From a bacterium (GTDB lineage Bacteria; Patescibacteriota; Saccharimonadia; CAILAD01; GCA-016700035): 64,000 bases of DNA. A model generated the notes under the pieces. It was not told where the DNA came from and made no database searches. It saw only the letters and a list, made by a program, of their open reading frames with translations. The stretch covers positions 462,790 to 526,789 of the forward strand of contig CP064998.1 in NCBI GenBank assembly GCA_016700035.1, in the 5' to 3' direction. A program made the translations under genes and the position numbers. Positions 55,924 through 64,000 of this stretch are shown in pieces (within the stretch, counting starts at the first letter, position 1; each line of letters starts with the position of its first letter).

Positions 55924-55966
55924 AATAAAAAAGACTCTTGTCAGTGAACTAAAGAGTCTTTTTTAT
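55924..55966. terminator. bidirectional intrinsic terminator (AAGACTCTT-13 nt loop-AAGAGTCTT flanked by A5/T5)
   Basis: 9-bp stem with T-run on both strands; between rpsI stop and RCK gene start. Confidence 0.55.
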
Positions 55967-55974
55967 AATGCGTA

Positions 55975-56373
55975 CTAGCGCTTCGAGAACTGAGGAGCTT
56001 TACGAGCTTTCTTTAAGCCATATTTCTTACGCTCTTTTTCACGAGGATCGCGCGTTAGAAGGCCAGCCTTCTTCAGGGTTAGCTTAAAATCTTCGCTCAT
56101 CTCTACTAGTGCACGCGATATACCTAATCGAATTGCGTCAACCTGTCCGCGCTTACCACCGCCTTCGACTCGAACCACTGCGTCTAATGCATTAGCCTTA
56201 CTAACTAGCTCTAAAGGAGCCGAGATGAGCTTCGACAAGGCACTATTATTTAAATATTCACCAGATGGCTGGCCGTTAATTGTAATAATACCCTTACCGT
56301 GCATTAGTCGCACTGTAGCCACTGCAGTTTTACGTCGCCCCACAGCGTAATAATAATTCTTCTTATCTGCCAT
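55975..56373 (-). CDS. rpsI: 30S ribosomal protein S9
   Basis: C-terminal RxxxKKxGxxKARK and GGGKRGQVDAIRLGISRAL. Confidence 0.9.
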   Translation of the reverse strand: MADKKNYYYAVGRRKTAVATVRLMHGKGIITINGQPSGEYLNNSALSKLISAPLELVSKANALDAVVRVEGGGKRGQVDAIRLGISRALVEMSEDFKLTLKKAGLLTRDPREKERKKYGLKKARKAPQFSKR

Positions 56374-56813
56374 TATTTCACCTTCAATTCTTTAGGTTGC
56401 TGTGGTGCATGCGGGTGGTCTGTTCCAGTATATACATGCAGACGACCCATCATGTGTCGTGCCAGTTTATTTTTAGGTAGCATTCCTCGTACGGCATGCT
56501 CAATAACTCGACGCGAATCTTTTGCTAGCTGTTCTTCAAGAGTAGTCTCTGTCAAACCGCCAGGGTAACCACTATGTCGATAGTATTTCTTATCGGTAAG
56601 CTTATTGCCAGTAACAGCAATCTTATCAGCATTAATTACCACAATACTATCACCTGTTAGTACATGCGGGCTATACTGCGGCTTATCTTTACCAGTCAGC
56701 TTAGTGGCTACAAAAGTCGCTAAACGACCAAGCACTACATCGGTAGCATCAATCACATACCAGTCGCTTGCGAGCTCACCAGCCTTAGCTTGATATGTTC
56801 TGGTCGTCGTCAT
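56373..56813 (-). CDS. rplM: 50S ribosomal protein L13
   Basis: WYVIDATDVVLGRLA N-terminal motif. Confidence 0.9.
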   Translation of the reverse strand: MTTTRTYQAKAGELASDWYVIDATDVVLGRLATFVATKLTGKDKPQYSPHVLTGDSIVVINADKIAVTGNKLTDKKYYRHSGYPGGLTETTLEEQLAKDSRRVIEHAVRGMLPKNKLARHMMGRLHVYTGTDHPHAPQQPKELKVK

Positions 56814-57268
56814 TACTTAGTCCCCTTTTCTGGCTTTTTTGTTGCCTTCGCTGGCTTTGTCTCATCTTTTTTAGTGGCTTGGAGTTTTTTAAGCTTATCT
56901 TCAAAATCGTCATCCAAAACTAACTCCACCAAGACCATTTCAGCAGCATCACCACGACGCCAGCCAGTCTTCGTTAGGCGTGTATAGCCAGAATTTCGCC
57001 CTTCAAAGCCATGCACCAACTCCTGGGTGAGCTTATCAGCGGCAACTTTTGAACCTAATTCAGCATGAATAGTGCGCAAGCTGTGCAAATTGCCCCGCTT
57101 AGCTTTGGTTACGAGCTTATCGAAAGCTGGCTTTAATGCTTTTGCCTTAGCTTCAGTCGTTTCAATCCGCTCATATAGCACCAAAGACTCCAAAAGGCCT
57201 TTCATAACTGCCTTACGCGGACCAATCTTACGGGAGAGCTTTGATATTGTGTGATAGTGAGCGTGCAT
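56813..57268 (-). CDS. rplQ: 50S ribosomal protein L17 with Lys-rich C-terminal extension
   Basis: N-terminal RKLGR-like (SRKIGPRKAVMKGLLESL) L17 signature; follows rpoA. Confidence 0.85.
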   Translation of the reverse strand: MHAHYHTISKLSRKIGPRKAVMKGLLESLVLYERIETTEAKAKALKPAFDKLVTKAKRGNLHSLRTIHAELGSKVAADKLTQELVHGFEGRNSGYTRLTKTGWRRGDAAEMVLVELVLDDDFEDKLKKLQATKKDETKPAKATKKPEKGTK

Positions 57269-57289
57269 AGTATTATCTCTTGGCTATAA

Positions 57290-58228
57290 TTAAGCGAGCT
57301 TAATGCCAATCTCCTCAAGCTTTTCTAATACTTCTTCAAAAGCCTTCTGACCAAAGCCCTTCAGTGACTTTAACTCCATGCGAGTAAGCTGGCTTAAATC
57401 ACCCACCGTGGCGATATCGTTGTTGATGAGCGCATTAGTGGTACGCTGTGAGAACGAAAGCTCTTCGATCGCTACAGCTCCGTGCTCAGCCTCAGCCTTA
57501 GCTTCGGCAGTCATAATCCCCTCAGATCCAACCGAAACCACATCCATGCCAGCAATTACCTGGAAATGGCCTACTAGGATTTCTCCAGCCTGACGCATTG
57601 CAAGCTCTGGAGTCATCGAACCATCGGTCTCAACCTCCATGATTAAGCTATCAAGATTTGTCATTTGGCCCACACGAGTGTTCTCGATATTAAACCGCAC
57701 GCGTTTAATTGGGGTATAAATAGCATCTACGGCAATCCACCCAACTGGTAGATTTTCATTCTGGCGTGACTCAATCGGGCTATATCCGCGACCTTGCTCA
57801 ACCTTAAACTCGATTTCAAGCTTGGTTTTTGCATTATCTATCGTGGCTAGTACGAGATCTTTATTAACCACTTCCATATCACCAGTGGTTTTAATATCGG
57901 CAGCTGTTACTACACCTTTACCACTTTTTGTTAGCGTCATAGTAGCTGGCTCGGTACCAGTATAGCTAACCTTCAGTTGCTTAATACTTAGAATAAGACC
58001 AATTACATCCTCGCGTACACCGTCGATAGTTGTAAACTCATGGTCAACACCTTCAATGCGAACAGCTGTGACAGCTGCCCCAGCTAAGCTCGACAGAATA
58101 ACACGACGCATTGAATTACCAATTGTCATACCATATCCTGGATATAATGGAGCAATTGTAAATCGGCTGGTGTGCTCGTTTACTTGCTCTTCTTTCATTT
58201 CTGGAAGGTTGATATCGTATAAGGCCAT
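57290..58228 (-). CDS. rpoA: DNA-directed RNA polymerase subunit alpha
   Basis: NTD motifs (GYGMTIGNSMRRVLLSS) and alpha-CTD (ELSFSQRTTNALINNDIATVGDL). Confidence 0.9.
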   Translation of the reverse strand: MALYDINLPEMKEEQVNEHTSRFTIAPLYPGYGMTIGNSMRRVILSSLAGAAVTAVRIEGVDHEFTTIDGVREDVIGLILSIKQLKVSYTGTEPATMTLTKSGKGVVTAADIKTTGDMEVVNKDLVLATIDNAKTKLEIEFKVEQGRGYSPIESRQNENLPVGWIAVDAIYTPIKRVRFNIENTRVGQMTNLDSLIMEVETDGSMTPELAMRQAGEILVGHFQVIAGMDVVSVGSEGIMTAEAKAEAEHGAVAIEELSFSQRTTNALINNDIATVGDLSQLTRMELKSLKGFGQKAFEEVLEKLEEIGIKLA

Positions 58229-58250
58229 TATGACTCCTCTTATTATTACT

Positions 58251-58868
58251 TTAGCGCGAGTAAAACTCGATGATTAATTGCTCTTCAATAAAGCTGTCAC
58301 TATCTTCTCGTAATGGTTGCCCCGTTACGGTGCCAACCATTTTTTTAGCGTCCAACTTTAGCCAGCTTGGCATCTCACGGGCATCATTTTTTAATTGTTC
58401 AGCAAGGTCGGTAAAAAGTACTTTCTTCTTGCTAGACTCTTTGACGGTAATAACATCCCCAACTTTCACTTGAATTGAAGGCACATCAACCTTCTTATCA
58501 TTTAGCCGAATGTGGGTGTGTGTAACCATCTGACGTGCAGCCTGGCGTGATGATGCCATGCCCAAACGATACACGGTATTATCCAGGCGCTGTTCCAACA
58601 GACGTAGTAGATTCTCACCAGCTACACCCTCACGACGCTCTGCCTCACTAACGTAGCGACGGAATTGCTTTTCCATAACTCCATAAAGACGCTTAACTTT
58701 TTGCTTTTCCCTTAACTGCACAGCGTAGTCGGAAGGTTTGGGTCGACGTGCCTGGCCATGCTGGCCGGGGGCAAAATTACGCTTAGCCAAAGCTTTGGCA
58801 GCTTTAGGGTGTAATTGTACGCCTTCACGACGGGATAGTTTGCTGATTGGTGTAAGATTACGTGCCAT
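58251..58868 (-). CDS. rpsD: 30S ribosomal protein S4
   Basis: S4 domain and N-terminal KLSRREG motif. Confidence 0.9.
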   Translation of the reverse strand: MARNLTPISKLSRREGVQLHPKAAKALAKRNFAPGQHGQARRPKPSDYAVQLREKQKVKRLYGVMEKQFRRYVSEAERREGVAGENLLRLLEQRLDNTVYRLGMASSRQAARQMVTHTHIRLNDKKVDVPSIQVKVGDVITVKESSKKKVLFTDLAEQLKNDAREMPSWLKLDAKKMVGTVTGQPLREDSDSFIEEQLIIEFYSR

Positions 58869-58870
58869 AG

Positions 58871-59263
58871 TTAATTCCTTTTAGCCTTTCGGGGACGGCA
58901 CCCATTATGCGGAACGCCTGTAATATCTTGAATTGAAATAACAGTCACGCCAGTATTCTGCAGGGCTCGAATCGCACTCTCACGACCAGAGCCAATACCC
59001 TGTACAATTACCGATACTTGTTTTAAGCCAAAATCCTTGGCTTTTTCTAAGGCTTTCTCGGTAGCAATCTGTGCTGCATATGGAGTGCTCTTACGGGAGC
59101 CCTTAAACCCAGCCGAACCAGATGACGCCCAACTTACTACATTACCAGCTTCATCTGTCACACTAATAATAGTGTTATTAAAAGTTGACTGAATATGCAC
59201 CTGCCCCTTAGGTAGGTTGCGCTTAATCTTGCGTCGTCGAGTTTTTGCTTTAGCTTGTGCCAT
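58871..59263 (-). CDS. rpsK: 30S ribosomal protein S11
   Basis: Conserved [11 protein letters not shown] and HNGCRPRKA(K)R C-terminus. Confidence 0.9.
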   Translation of the reverse strand: MAQAKAKTRRRKIKRNLPKGQVHIQSTFNNTIISVTDEAGNVVSWASSGSAGFKGSRKSTPYAAQIATEKALEKAKDFGLKQVSVIVQGIGSGRESAIRALQNTGVTVISIQDITGVPHNGCRPRKAKRN

Positions 59264-59290
59264 AATATTCCAGTTTCCTCTAGTCTTATG

Positions 59291-59677
59291 CTACGTCTTT
59301 GACGCCGCCTTCTTACGTCCCGAACCTTGAGTCTGTTTGCGACCCCGACGAGTACGAGCATTAGTTTTAGTACGCTGCCCACGGCTTGGCAAGCCAGCAT
59401 TGTGACGCAACCCACGATAAGCCTTAATTTCCTTCAGGCGCTTAATATTTAACATTACCTTACGAGCTAGATCGGCTTCCACTTCGTAGCTAGCATCAAT
59501 TTCGTTTCGCAAAGCCGTTAATTCAGCTTCGGTTAAATCTTTTACCCGTGTATCTGGGTTAATCTTAGTTTTTGCAAGAATCTTATGGCTTGAAGTAAGC
59601 CCAATACCCTGAATATAGGTAAGAGCAATCTCGATACGCTTTTCATTGGGGATGTTGGTTCCTGCAATACGTGCCAC
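59291..59677 (-). CDS. rpsM: 30S ribosomal protein S13
   Basis: [11 protein letters not shown]-terminus and Arg/Lys-rich C-terminus. Confidence 0.9.
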   Translation of the reverse strand: MARIAGTNIPNEKRIEIALTYIQGIGLTSSHKILAKTKINPDTRVKDLTEAELTALRNEIDASYEVEADLARKVMLNIKRLKEIKAYRGLRHNAGLPSRGQRTKTNARTRRGRKQTQGSGRKKAASKT

Positions 59678-59682
59678 AATAC

Positions 59683-59796
59683 TTATCCTTGCCGTTGCTT
59701 ATGTTTAGGGTTTTCACAGATTACCCGCACTACACCTTTACGGCGCACTACCTTGCACTTGGCACACATTGGCTTAACTCCTGCACGTACTTTCAC
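59683..59796 (-). CDS. rpmJ: 50S ribosomal protein L36 (37 aa, GTG start; not in ORF track)
   Basis: Manual translation (V)[36 protein letters not shown] matches L36 Zn-ribbon consensus; sits between rpsM and infA. Confidence 0.8.
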   Translation of the reverse strand: MKVRAGVKPMCAKCKVVRRKGVVRVICENPKHKQRQG

Positions 59797-59820
59797 GGGT
59801 TTCTAATCTTTCCTTAACGC

Positions 59821-60042
59821 TTATTTATGACGATACGTAATTCTTCCCTTATTGAGATCATAGGGTGTCATTTCTAACGTCACCTTATCTCCGGGAAGAA
59901 TTTTAATATAATGCATTCGCATCTTGCCCGATACATGAGCAAGAACAATGTGACCGTTCTCGAGCTCGACCTTAAAGGTCACATTTGGGAGCGCTTCGAG
60001 AACAGTCCCTTCAACTTCGATTACTTCCTTTGTACTTGTCAT
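59821..60042 (-). CDS. infA: translation initiation factor IF-1
   Basis: S1-like OB fold, conserved [16 protein letters not shown]. Confidence 0.9.
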   Translation of the reverse strand: MTSTKEVIEVEGTVLEALPNVTFKVELENGHIVLAHVSGKMRMHYIKILPGDKVTLEMTPYDLNKGRITYRHK

Positions 60043-60112
60043 ATATCCTAGGTCTACAGTTGCTTAGTTTACCTGATTTACCCACGAATGTAAAGGGTTT
60101 ACAGAAGAAAAA

Positions 60113-61429
60113 CTAGTATTTCTCATAAGTCGCCATCGTTACTCGACTATCAATCTGTCGTTTCGTCTCAATTGCCACTGAAACTAAGATAAATAAGCTA
60201 GTTCCACCAATCGCCACCGCCTGACTCATGTTGAGATATCGTTCTACAACTAGAGGCAAAACAGCTATCACTCCTAGAGCTGTGGCACCAACCAGATTAA
60301 GCCGACTAATCACACCCTTCAGATACTTAGAAGTTTCATTACCTGGCCGAATGCCTGGGATAAAGCCACCTTGCTTCTGAAGATTCTCGGAAATATCTTT
60401 TGGCTTAAAAATAATTGAGGTATAGATATAGGTAAAAATAAAGATTAGAACAAAATAAGAGACTAAATAAATCGTACTAGTTGAGGCGAACCATTGGGTA
60501 AGTTTTTCAGCCAGATTTGCTATCCACTGCGTATTGGCATTCTTAAGTAGTTGACCTAAGAAAGTCGGAATTGAAAGGAAAGTCAGGGCAAATATCACTG
60601 GAATTACACCGGCCGTAATAAGCCGTAGCGGCAAATGAGTATCGACACTGCCGTATTTGCCGATGGCGGCACTGCGTCGAGCGTACGAGATAGGTATATT
60701 GCGCTGGGCTTCATTGACCATTACCACTCCAAAGGTTGTAACAAGGAACATCGCCCCCAACAGAATAACCTTAATAAACTGCGAGCTATCCCCCTGCACG
60801 AGCGCTACCTGCTGTGTGAATATACCCGGCAAAGACGCAATAATACCAGCTGCAATAATGATCGAAATACCATTACCAAAGCCTTTTTCGGTAATTAGCT
60901 CACCAAGCCACATTAAAAACATACTGCCAGCAGTCAGGGATAATATCATGAGAGACCACTGGCCAATACTGGGGCTACCAATCAGGTCAGCACCAGCACT
61001 CTGATTAGATAGCTGTCGGACCAGAGCGATTACGGTAAATGACTGAATAATCGCCAGCGGCACTGTTAGTATGCGCATGTACTGATTGAGCTTAGCTCGT
61101 CCCCGCTCTCCTTCTTTTGAGAGGGCTTCCCAGCTTGGGATCACCTGCTGCATCAACTGTACGATAATGGAGGCTGTAATGTACGGACCAATTCCCATAG
61201 CAATAATCGAGAAATTAGCCAAAGCTCCACCAGTGAATAAGTTAGCAAACCCCAAGATTGGCGTTTGATTAAAAACTGTTAAAAGGAAGGTCTGCAAGCG
61301 CTCCACATCTGGTACCGGAGTAGGTACATGAGTGAGTAAGCTATACACCACTAAAATACCAAGCACTATCAAAAGACGGCTTCTTAAGTCCTTATTTTTC
61401 CAGAAAAACTTTAGTTTATCCTTTTTCAT
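60113..61429 (-). CDS. secY: preprotein translocase subunit SecY
   Basis: 10-TM protein with SecY signatures; follows rplO. Confidence 0.9.
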   Translation of the reverse strand: MKKDKLKFFWKNKDLRSRLLIVLGILVVYSLLTHVPTPVPDVERLQTFLLTVFNQTPILGFANLFTGGALANFSIIAMGIGPYITASIIVQLMQQVIPSWEALSKEGERGRAKLNQYMRILTVPLAIIQSFTVIALVRQLSNQSAGADLIGSPSIGQWSLMILSLTAGSMFLMWLGELITEKGFGNGISIIIAAGIIASLPGIFTQQVALVQGDSSQFIKVILLGAMFLVTTFGVVMVNEAQRNIPISYARRSAAIGKYGSVDTHLPLRLITAGVIPVIFALTFLSIPTFLGQLLKNANTQWIANLAEKLTQWFASTSTIYLVSYFVLIFIFTYIYTSIIFKPKDISENLQKQGGFIPGIRPGNETSKYLKGVISRLNLVGATALGVIAVLPLVVERYLNMSQAVAIGGTSLFILVSVAIETKRQIDSRVTMATYEKY

Positions 61430-61501
61430 ACCCCTCCAGTATAACCTATCTTCAATACGTTCATTGGAATTGCCGAAATTACTACGGCAAGGCTCATTTT
61501 A

Positions 61502-61978
61502 CTACTTATCTTCTGCTTTCTTAACGGGACGAGGTTGTGGTGTCGCAGTCGCCGTAAAAGAACCGCCAGCTTCTTCAATTGAAGCAACTGCCGATAATGT
61601 AGCTGCCTGTAGTTCAACTACGAGGGTCTTGGTGAGCTTTTCTCCACCCAAAACCTTCACCGCTTGAGCCTCCGAACGAATAACACCAGCCTTTTTTAGT
61701 GCTACATTATCAAGCTTCTTTGAGTCAAGCTGAGCTAGCTGATCTAAACTAACTTCCACATAGCTAACTTTTCGGGCATGTTTAAAACCTCGGGCCTTCG
61801 GTAGACGCATGGCTAGTTTAGTCTGACCACCTTCAAAACCTGGTTTAATTTTCTTTCCAGTACGAGCCTTCTGCCCCTTTGTTCCTCGGCCAGCCGTCTT
61901 GCCACCACCAGCTGAAATGCCACGACCAACCCGTTTGCGAGTAGTCTTAGAGGCAACTTCTAATTCATGATACTTCAT
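61502..61978 (-). CDS. rplO: 50S ribosomal protein L15
   Basis: Gly/Arg-rich N-terminal ([23 protein letters not shown]). Confidence 0.9.
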   Translation of the reverse strand: MKYHELEVASKTTRKRVGRGISAGGGKTAGRGTKGQKARTGKKIKPGFEGGQTKLAMRLPKARGFKHARKVSYVEVSLDQLAQLDSKKLDNVALKKAGVIRSEAQAVKVLGGEKLTKTLVVELQAATLSAVASIEEAGGSFTATATPQPRPVKKAEDK

Positions 61979-62478
61979 GCTTTTGCCTCCTGCTTCTTCT
62001 TAGCCGACGGCACTTCATCGGTCTTAAGCATCGAAAGTCCTGTAATTGTTGCGTAAGCGTTATTGATCTTATTGGTACTACCGAGAGACTTAGTCAAGAT
62101 ATCGCGAACTCCAGCGACTTCCAGAACGGAACGCACAGCACCACCAGCAATTACACCCGTACCCTCTGGAGCTGGCTTCATAAATACTCGAGCTCCGCCC
62201 TGCTTGATCATAACTTCATGAGCAATCGTCGTACCAACCAAGTGAACAGTAATCATATTCTTACGAGCCACCGCGGTTGCTTTTTGAATAGCACTTGCTA
62301 CATCGCGACCCTTTCCTACGCCAACTCCAACCTGACCCTGGTTATCACCAACTACCACAACAGCACGAAAGCGGAAACGCCTACCACCTTTTACTACGCG
62401 CGTAACGCGATCTAGGGAAATCATGCGCTCAGTTAATTCTGGCCCCTGATTTTCTGGATTAACTACCTGTGGGTTCAT
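61975..62478 (-). CDS. rpsE: 30S ribosomal protein S5
   Basis: dsRBD + S5 C-terminal domain ([18 protein letters not shown]; [11 protein letters not shown]). Confidence 0.9.
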   Translation of the reverse strand: MNPQVVNPENQGPELTERMISLDRVTRVVKGGRRFRFRAVVVVGDNQGQVGVGVGKGRDVASAIQKATAVARKNMITVHLVGTTIAHEVMIKQGGARVFMKPAPEGTGVIAGGAVRSVLEVAGVRDILTKSLGSTNKINNAYATITGLSMLKTDEVPSAKKKQEAKA

Positions 62479-62837
62479 ATCTTCAGTCCTTTCTCTCGAG
62501 CAGCATCAGCTAAAGTAGCAATTCTACCGTGATATTGCTTGGCACCACGATCAAAAATCACCTGACTAATCCCGGCGTCCTTGGCCTTTACGGCAATCTC
62601 TTGCCCCACCCAACTAGCCTTATCGGTCATAGTCTTAGCGCTTATTTTCTGACCAACTGTGGAAACTCCAACAATTGTCCGACCCTCATCATCATTAATG
62701 AGCTGAGCGGCAATATGACGTAGTGAAACCTGCACCGAAAGACGAGGCTGGCTAGCGCTACCATGCAAACGTGCCCGCGTCCGAATAGCCCGACGAGATT
62801 TATTAACTTGCTTTGCTTGTAATTCTTTTGTACTCAT
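62475..62837 (-). CDS. rplR: 50S ribosomal protein L18
   Basis: RPRLSV.S.RHIYAQ-like ([16 protein letters not shown]) motif. Confidence 0.9.
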   Translation of the reverse strand: MSTKELQAKQVNKSRRAIRTRARLHGSASQPRLSVQVSLRHIAAQLINDDEGRTIVGVSTVGQKISAKTMTDKASWVGQEIAVKAKDAGISQVIFDRGAKQYHGRIATLADAAREKGLKI

Positions 62838-62839
62838 AG

Positions 62840-63382
62840 CTATGCTCCCTTTGCTGCTGCCTTACCAGCCTTACGTCGAATTCTCTCGTCAATGTAACGA
62901 ATCCCCTTACCTTTATAAGGTTCCGGCTTTTTAAGCGCTCGAATTTGCGCCGCTGTTTGACCAACCAGTTGCTTATCAATACCTGATACTGTGATGATAT
63001 TTCCATCTACAGTCAGACTAATTCCTGGTTGTGGTGCAAATTCTATTTTATGAGAGAAGCCAAGTGAGAATATCAGGCCATCCCCCTTCTTCTCTACCCT
63101 AAATCCAACGCCATTCATTTCCAATTTTTTCTCAAAGCCCACGTGAACACCAGTAACCGCATTAGCTATTAGGGTGCGCAATAGGCCGTAACGGGCATTA
63201 GTTTCACGATCTTCAACATCCTGCACAACAGAAAGTGTAGCTTCGTCTTGTTTTAAGCTAAAGCCAGCTGGCATCACTACGCTCAGCTCACCTTTTGGCC
63301 CCTTAACCTGTATCACTTCACCTTGAAGCTCAACCGTAACTCCAGAAGGTATTGTTATGATAGATCGTCCAATTCTACTCAT
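62840..63382 (-). CDS. rplF: 50S ribosomal protein L6
   Basis: Two-domain L6 with MSRIGR N-terminus. Confidence 0.9.
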   Translation of the reverse strand: MSRIGRSIITIPSGVTVELQGEVIQVKGPKGELSVVMPAGFSLKQDEATLSVVQDVEDRETNARYGLLRTLIANAVTGVHVGFEKKLEMNGVGFRVEKKGDGLIFSLGFSHKIEFAPQPGISLTVDGNIITVSGIDKQLVGQTAAQIRALKKPEPYKGKGIRYIDERIRRKAGKAAAKGA

Positions 63383-63389
63383 CTTCCAC

Positions 63390-63803
63390 CTACCATACCT
63401 TACAGATTAATTCACCACCAAGCCCCTTGGCGCGTGCTTCATAGCCTGTCATGAGTCCAGCTGAAGTGGACACAATCACCATGCCTCTACCGCCAAGAAT
63501 ACGCGGAATATCATCACGCTTGGCATACATTCGACGGCCTGGTTTGGAAACTCGAATTAGAGCAGTGAATGGTTTTTTAGTTTTTTGCTGGTCGATATCC
63601 AACACCAGCTGACGGAATCCGCCCTGTTCTTCTGTACTTACCGCTACGATATAGCCATCTCCTACCAAAATTTGTGCGATGCGCTCTTTCATTTTAGAAT
63701 ATGGCAAACGAACCTCCGTCTTGCCGGCGGCGGCGGCATTGCGGATGCGAGTAAGCATATCTGCGATTGGATCAGTTGTTATCATAATATTCCTTCCTAC
63801 CAA
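63390..63803 (-). CDS. rpsH: 30S ribosomal protein S8
   Basis: [15 protein letters not shown]-terminal signature (true start likely the internal MITTDP). Confidence 0.9.
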   Translation of the reverse strand: MVGRNIMITTDPIADMLTRIRNAAAAGKTEVRLPYSKMKERIAQILVGDGYIVAVSTEEQGGFRQLVLDIDQQKTKKPFTALIRVSKPGRRMYAKRDDIPRILGGRGMVIVSTSAGLMTGYEARAKGLGGELICKVW

Positions 63804-63988
63804 CTAGCCTTTCGTACGCCTGGGATTTCCCCCTTTGAAGCGTGTTCACGAAATGTAATACGAGACAGACCGAAGCGACGTATGTAGCCACGGCTACGGC
63901 CAGTAATTTCACAGCGATTCCGCTGACGATTTGGGTTGGAGTTACGTGGTAACTTAGCTAGCCCTTCAAAATCGCCAGCTGCCTTCAT
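63797..63988 (-). CDS. rpsN: 30S ribosomal protein S14, Zn-ribbon (type Z) form
   Basis: CxxC...RxxxxGxxR pattern and C-terminal [10 protein letters not shown]. Confidence 0.85.
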   Translation of the reverse strand: MKAAGDFEGLAKLPRNSNPNRQRNRCEITGRSRGYIRRFGLSRITFREHASKGEIPGVRKASW

Positions 63989-64000
63989 TTCGGCACGACG

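Noticed and set aside
1-64000. CRISPR arrays, rRNA genes, integrases/transposases, restriction-modification or known multi-gene defence systems
   Set aside because: No repeat-spacer arrays, no rRNA-like conserved blocks, and no recombinase, DDE or methyltransferase-endonuclease signatures were found in any called ORF or in the intergenic sequence.

Overview
This is a low-GC (~40%) bacterial chromosome segment. Its content and organisation point to a small, reduced genome, probably a CPR/Saccharibacteria-like organism (inference). Supporting features are a truncated dcw cell-division cluster, an S10-spc-alpha ribosomal cluster with no rpmD, adk or map, an archaeal-type AspRS, an alpha2-type GlyRS, a short DprA and an orphan VirD4-like ATPase. 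Most of the window is housekeeping. This includes an ABC exporter, tgt, a COG0523 GTPase, a two-component system, aspS, scpAB, rluB, dacA, der, pth, dprA, topA, mraZ-rsmH-ftsL-ftsI-mraY-ftsW-murG-ftsQ, glyQS, recO, prx, sod, holB, rluD, and the ribosomal run rpsI through rpsN with rpoA, secY and infA. Four tRNAs are present: Trp-CCA, Thr-TGT, Tyr-GTA and Thr-GGT. Accessory or unusual parts are as follows. (i) 1-3115: an XRE regulator, a PLD-family HKD nuclease co-transcribed with a small acidic protein, an NT5C/HAD-like hydrolase, and an XRE-HTH regulator with an unknown C-terminal domain, plus a palindromic operator. The operator faces a divergent GC-rich + strand transcript (Pro/Gly micro-ORF, several hairpins, a clean intrinsic terminator) whose identity I cannot assign. 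(ii) A strong consensus promoter drives a sigma-r4/HARE-HTH/AT-hook protein followed by an orphan VirD4/TraG-like ATPase. (iii) A tRNA-Trp-adjacent accessory tract (40.7-48.6 kb) carries a CsoR-controlled copper operon (CopB-type ATPase, DUF305, YVTN propeller, Met-rich protein). It also holds a second PLD-nuclease paralog, a sharply high-GC foreign ORF, and a beta-helix surface protein with a G8 homopolymer in its promoter. (iv) An MraZ TGGGN-repeat operator lies in the dcw promoter. (v) A 14-bp hairpin sequesters the RBS of a micro-ORF upstream of dprA. (vi) A zinc-ribbon ORF is embedded in a tRNA cluster. I found no CRISPR arrays, rRNA, integrases or transposases.
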